Assembly (NCBI GenBank): GCA_963663275.1
Contig: OY760183.1
Location: forward strand, 3,360,001-3,424,000
Reading direction: 5' to 3'
Length of the DNA: 64,000 nucleotides
DNA from: Chloroflexota bacterium
Lineage (GTDB): Bacteria > Chloroflexota > UBA11872 > VXOZ01
The notes under the pieces are model-generated. The model searched no databases. It was given only the letters and a program-made list of their open reading frames with translations, and was not told where the DNA came from. The position numbers were made by a program, and so were the translations under genes. Of this stretch, positions 61,395 through 64,000 are shown one piece after another (the first letter of the stretch is position 1; each line of letters starts with the position of its first letter).

Positions 61395-61622
61395 ATGACC
61401 ATCTTGAAGCACATCGGACTGTTCTTCGTATTCGTGATAGCGTCGCAGGTGGTGGCGGACCTCGCGGAGATCAGCTACAGCTCGCCGATGCCGAAGTCGT
61501 TCTTGGGATGGGTGTGGATCTTCAACTACGTCGCCGGGTTCTTCCTGTGGATGAAGAGCATCCGGGACGATCTCGCGAAGTTCTTTCAGTCGATCATCGA
61601 CGAGTTCAGAGGTAGGGAATAG
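61395..61622 (+). CDS. Small two-helix membrane hypothetical protein
   Basis: 75 aa, two hydrophobic segments, RBS GGAGG. Confidence 0.6.
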   Translation: MTILKHIGLFFVFVIASQVVADLAEISYSSPMPKSFLGWVWIFNYVAGFFLWMKSIRDDLAKFFQSIIDEFRGRE

Positions 61623-61675
61623 GCGCGGTCGAGCAGTTGGCACGACGGTAGCGATAGCACTGAAGGAGAATCGAC

Positions 61676-62599
61676 ATGGCGACTCGTACACCCATCATAT
61701 ACACCTGCGACGGCTGCGACAGCCAATTCCCATCCGGTCTAACACGACCAGAACCCCGGTACTGCGCTTCCTGCGTTACGACACTGGGGAAGGCTGGTCT
61801 TGGCGTGCGCCAAGCAAGAGCGAGGGATAGGGAAGAGGTGCGGACGCTCATAGCAGCAGAGGAGCGCGCTGGCGCAAACAACCGAGGCCACAACCCAGAG
61901 GGAGGCGACATGACAGAGAACCTGAAGAGGATACCTATCAAGGAGTTCATCCTCGAAATCCCTGCATGGCACGCCAAGTACGTGAACGCTTGCGTATTCA
62001 AAGTGGAAGCCTTCGTCCAGAGAGATTGGAAGAACCCGCACTTGAAGCCATCGGTGTGTACAGGGAATTTCAGAGAGGTTGAGCGTCTCATTGAGAAACT
62101 GAAAGGCAAAGACGACTTGGACCGGTTGGAAGATGACATGGAGATTGTCTATCGCTGGGGAGGCGGTCGCGGCCCTAATCTCTTTGCCCAAATCAAGAAG
62201 AACAACCCCATGGATGAGATTCAAAGGCAGATAAGAGTCGCTTTCGACGAACTTGGGGAGGGACAACCAGCCAAAGCCTTGGAGGAGTTGAAGCGCCTCA
62301 GGTACTGTAGTGATGCGTTCGGCAGCAAGGTGCTGGCGATGCGCTCTCCGTGGAACGCTCCGATCTGGGACAACATCGCCCAGCATTGCTTGAGAGAGTT
62401 CAGGATCGGCGGCAAGAAGGTCAGGAGCTACGAGCAGTTCATCGCGTTCTGCGAGCACGTCGCGGACGAACTGAAGCGGCTGAACATACCCGCGCCACGC
62501 GGCGAGCGCTGGTACCTTCGCGATATCGAAATGGCGCTCTTCCAGTTCGGCTGGGACAACGGCAAGTTCAACGGGCGCATCACAGGACAACTCTCCTGA
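61676..62599 (+). CDS. Hypothetical protein: N-terminal CxxC-CxxC zinc ribbon plus HhH/OGG-fold DNA-glycosylase-like domain (alternative start 61910)
   Basis: CDGC..CASC; WGG, AL..L..L....AFGSKVL, PIWD, Y..F, RDIEMALF pattern; RBS before both ATGs; visibly more A-rich than flanks. Confidence 0.55.
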   Translation: MATRTPIIYTCDGCDSQFPSGLTRPEPRYCASCVTTLGKAGLGVRQARARDREEVRTLIAAEERAGANNRGHNPEGGDMTENLKRIPIKEFILEIPAWHAKYVNACVFKVEAFVQRDWKNPHLKPSVCTGNFREVERLIEKLKGKDDLDRLEDDMEIVYRWGGGRGPNLFAQIKKNNPMDEIQRQIRVAFDELGEGQPAKALEELKRLRYCSDAFGSKVLAMRSPWNAPIWDNIAQHCLREFRIGGKKVRSYEQFIAFCEHVADELKRLNIPAPRGERWYLRDIEMALFQFGWDNGKFNGRITGQLS

Positions 62600-62623
62600 A
62601 CACCCCACGCCATCCCCAGCCCC

Positions 62624-62698
62624 TCTGGATTCCCGCTTTCGCGGGAATGACGGGCTCCACCCCGTCAGGCGCGGTTCCTGCGTGCGCAGGAACGACGG
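62624..62698. repeat. REP pair
   Basis: CTGGATTCCCGCTTTCGCGGGAATGAC and GGTTCCTGCGTGCGCAGGAACGAC. Confidence 0.7.
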
Positions 62699-62840
62699 TG
62701 GCCCGAATCTTGTGACATGCGCCCCTTACGCAATCGCCCTTGCTCGTCCTACCATGGGTTCCGGCTTCGGGGCTGGGAACCGGCGCGGACCGTCCGGGGC
62801 AGTCAGGAGCGCGCTGGCGGAGACGCGTTGTCAAAGGTGA

Positions 62841-62917
62841 AATGAGACTGAATGAGAAGAAATGAGACACTTTTTTCGCAGCGCACGCCTGACGGCTTCA
62901 CGGCGCACGCCTGACGC
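62841..62917. repeat. Phased direct repeats
   Basis: AATGAGA at 62841, 62851 and 62861, then GCGCACGCCTGACG twice. Confidence 0.65.
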
Positions 62918-63089
62918 CCCCTTCTGCAGGAGTGCAGCGGGCATGGTCATTCCGTGCCATTTGCGCTCGCGGGCGCGCAGGACGTGCTCATCGCCGCTCA
63001 TACGCTGCTCATCGTGAGTCATCCGCTGTTGCGGTACACTCGCGCCAGCGATGAACCAGGCCCGCCCTTGATGGAGGAGGAGGCTTGTC

Positions 63090-64000
63090 ATGGGGATCCT
63101 CGAACGGACGTACGCTCCCGAGGTCGGCCCTGCGGTCGATGAGGTGCTCATCTCGTCGGACTCGCACGTGATCGAGCCCGCGGGTCTCTGGAAAGAGCAC
63201 CTACCCAGGGCGTTCCGCGACCGCGCTCCCGACCTCGGCGGGGCCCGCAGGAACGACGCTCCCGGCGGGATGGACAAGTGGGAGCGGGTCAACGAGATGG
63301 GCCGCGACGGCGTCAGCGCCGAGGTGCTGTATCCCACGCACGGCCTGAAGACGCTCGTCCTCGGCGACCGCGACCTCGAAGAGGCGTGCGCCAGGGTCTA
63401 CAACGACTGGCTGGCGGACTACTGCTCGGCGGCGCCGGACAGGCTCATCGGCCTCGCCCTGCTCTCGACGTACCGTATCGAGGCGGCGGTCGAGGAGATG
63501 GAGCGCAGCCGCAGGGCGGGCATGGCCGGCGTCATCGTCTGGCAGGTCCCCGACCCCACGCTTCCCTTCACGTCGCGCCACTACGATCCCCTGTGGGCGC
63601 GGGCCCAGGAGCTCGACATGCCGGTCTCGCTGCACATCCTCAGCGGCCACGGCTACAACCTGCGGCAGTCGTTCGGACAGGGGGAGCGCGGCATCGAACA
63701 GGAGCGGACGAGCGTCAACCTGAAGCTCGTCTACGCCATGGACGCCCTGTACGACTTCATCTTCTCCGGCGTGCTGAAGCGCTTCCCCCGCCTCAGGCTG
63801 GTGCTCGTCGAGAACGAGATCGGCTGGCTCCCGTTCGTCCTGGAGCAGTGGGACTACTACTTCCGGCGACACGGCACGGACCGGGTTGCCCTCGACCTCA
63901 CGATGCTCCCCAGCGAGTACTTCAACCGGCAGGTGTACGCCACCTTCTTCAACGACGCCGTGGGCGGCAGGCTCCTCTCCTGGTGGGGCGCCGGCAACTG
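63090..64000 (+). CDS. Amidohydrolase_2 family protein, 3'-truncated by the window edge
   Basis: MGILERTY..LISSDSHVIEP, DGVSAEVLYPT, YNDWLADYC, YDPLW, PVSLH, RFPRLRLVLVE..IGW.P; RBS GGAGGAGG; absent from the ORF track because it has no stop in the window. Confidence 0.9.
   Translation, partial: MGILERTYAPEVGPAVDEVLISSDSHVIEPAGLWKEHLPRAFRDRAPDLGGARRNDAPGGMDKWERVNEMGRDGVSAEVLYPTHGLKTLVLGDRDLEEACARVYNDWLADYCSAAPDRLIGLALLSTYRIEAAVEEMERSRRAGMAGVIVWQVPDPTLPFTSRHYDPLWARAQELDMPVSLHILSGHGYNLRQSFGQGERGIEQERTSVNLKLVYAMDALYDFIFSGVLKRFPRLRLVLVENEIGWLPFVLEQWDYYFRRHGTDRVALDLTMLPSEYFNRQVYATFFNDAVGGRLLSWWGAGN

Overview
High-GC bacterial DNA, most consistent with Chloroflexota: Tat-lipoprotein solute-binding proteins, an FPETGH-type surface domain, SAR202-like amidohydrolases and dense REP clusters. 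The window looks like two segments joined at about 43510, where the 5' third of mfd runs directly into the 3' end of a GXGXG (GlxC/GltB3-like) gene. Codon style appears to change there by eye, and indel frameshifts cluster in part of the right segment. Left part (1-43.5 kb): SRP RNA, dnaX, LarA-like/SDR/LysE/P450 genes, tRNA-Arg(TCT), three orphan SBPs, a glycosyltransferase/glycoside hydrolase/flippase cluster, M42 peptidase, topA, an imelysin-DHOR pair under a DtxR/IdeR-like box, an IlvD-family dehydratase, a YcaQ-like glycosylase, paired amidohydrolases, a sulfatase, and REP clusters containing three families of TIR-bounded miniature elements. Right part: RCC1-repeat lipoprotein, a solitary intact HK97-type portal gene behind a terminator-like leader, EF-G2, frameshifted sbcC, leuS, and a small island (apparently circularly permuted GIY-YIG-like protein, ADP-ribosylglycohydrolase, small membrane protein, Zn-ribbon/OGG-fold-like protein). 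The best candidates for undescribed biology are the orphan portal, the permuted GIY-YIG/ARH/OGG island and the REP-nested miniature elements. All family calls come from motif recognition by eye; no searches were run.
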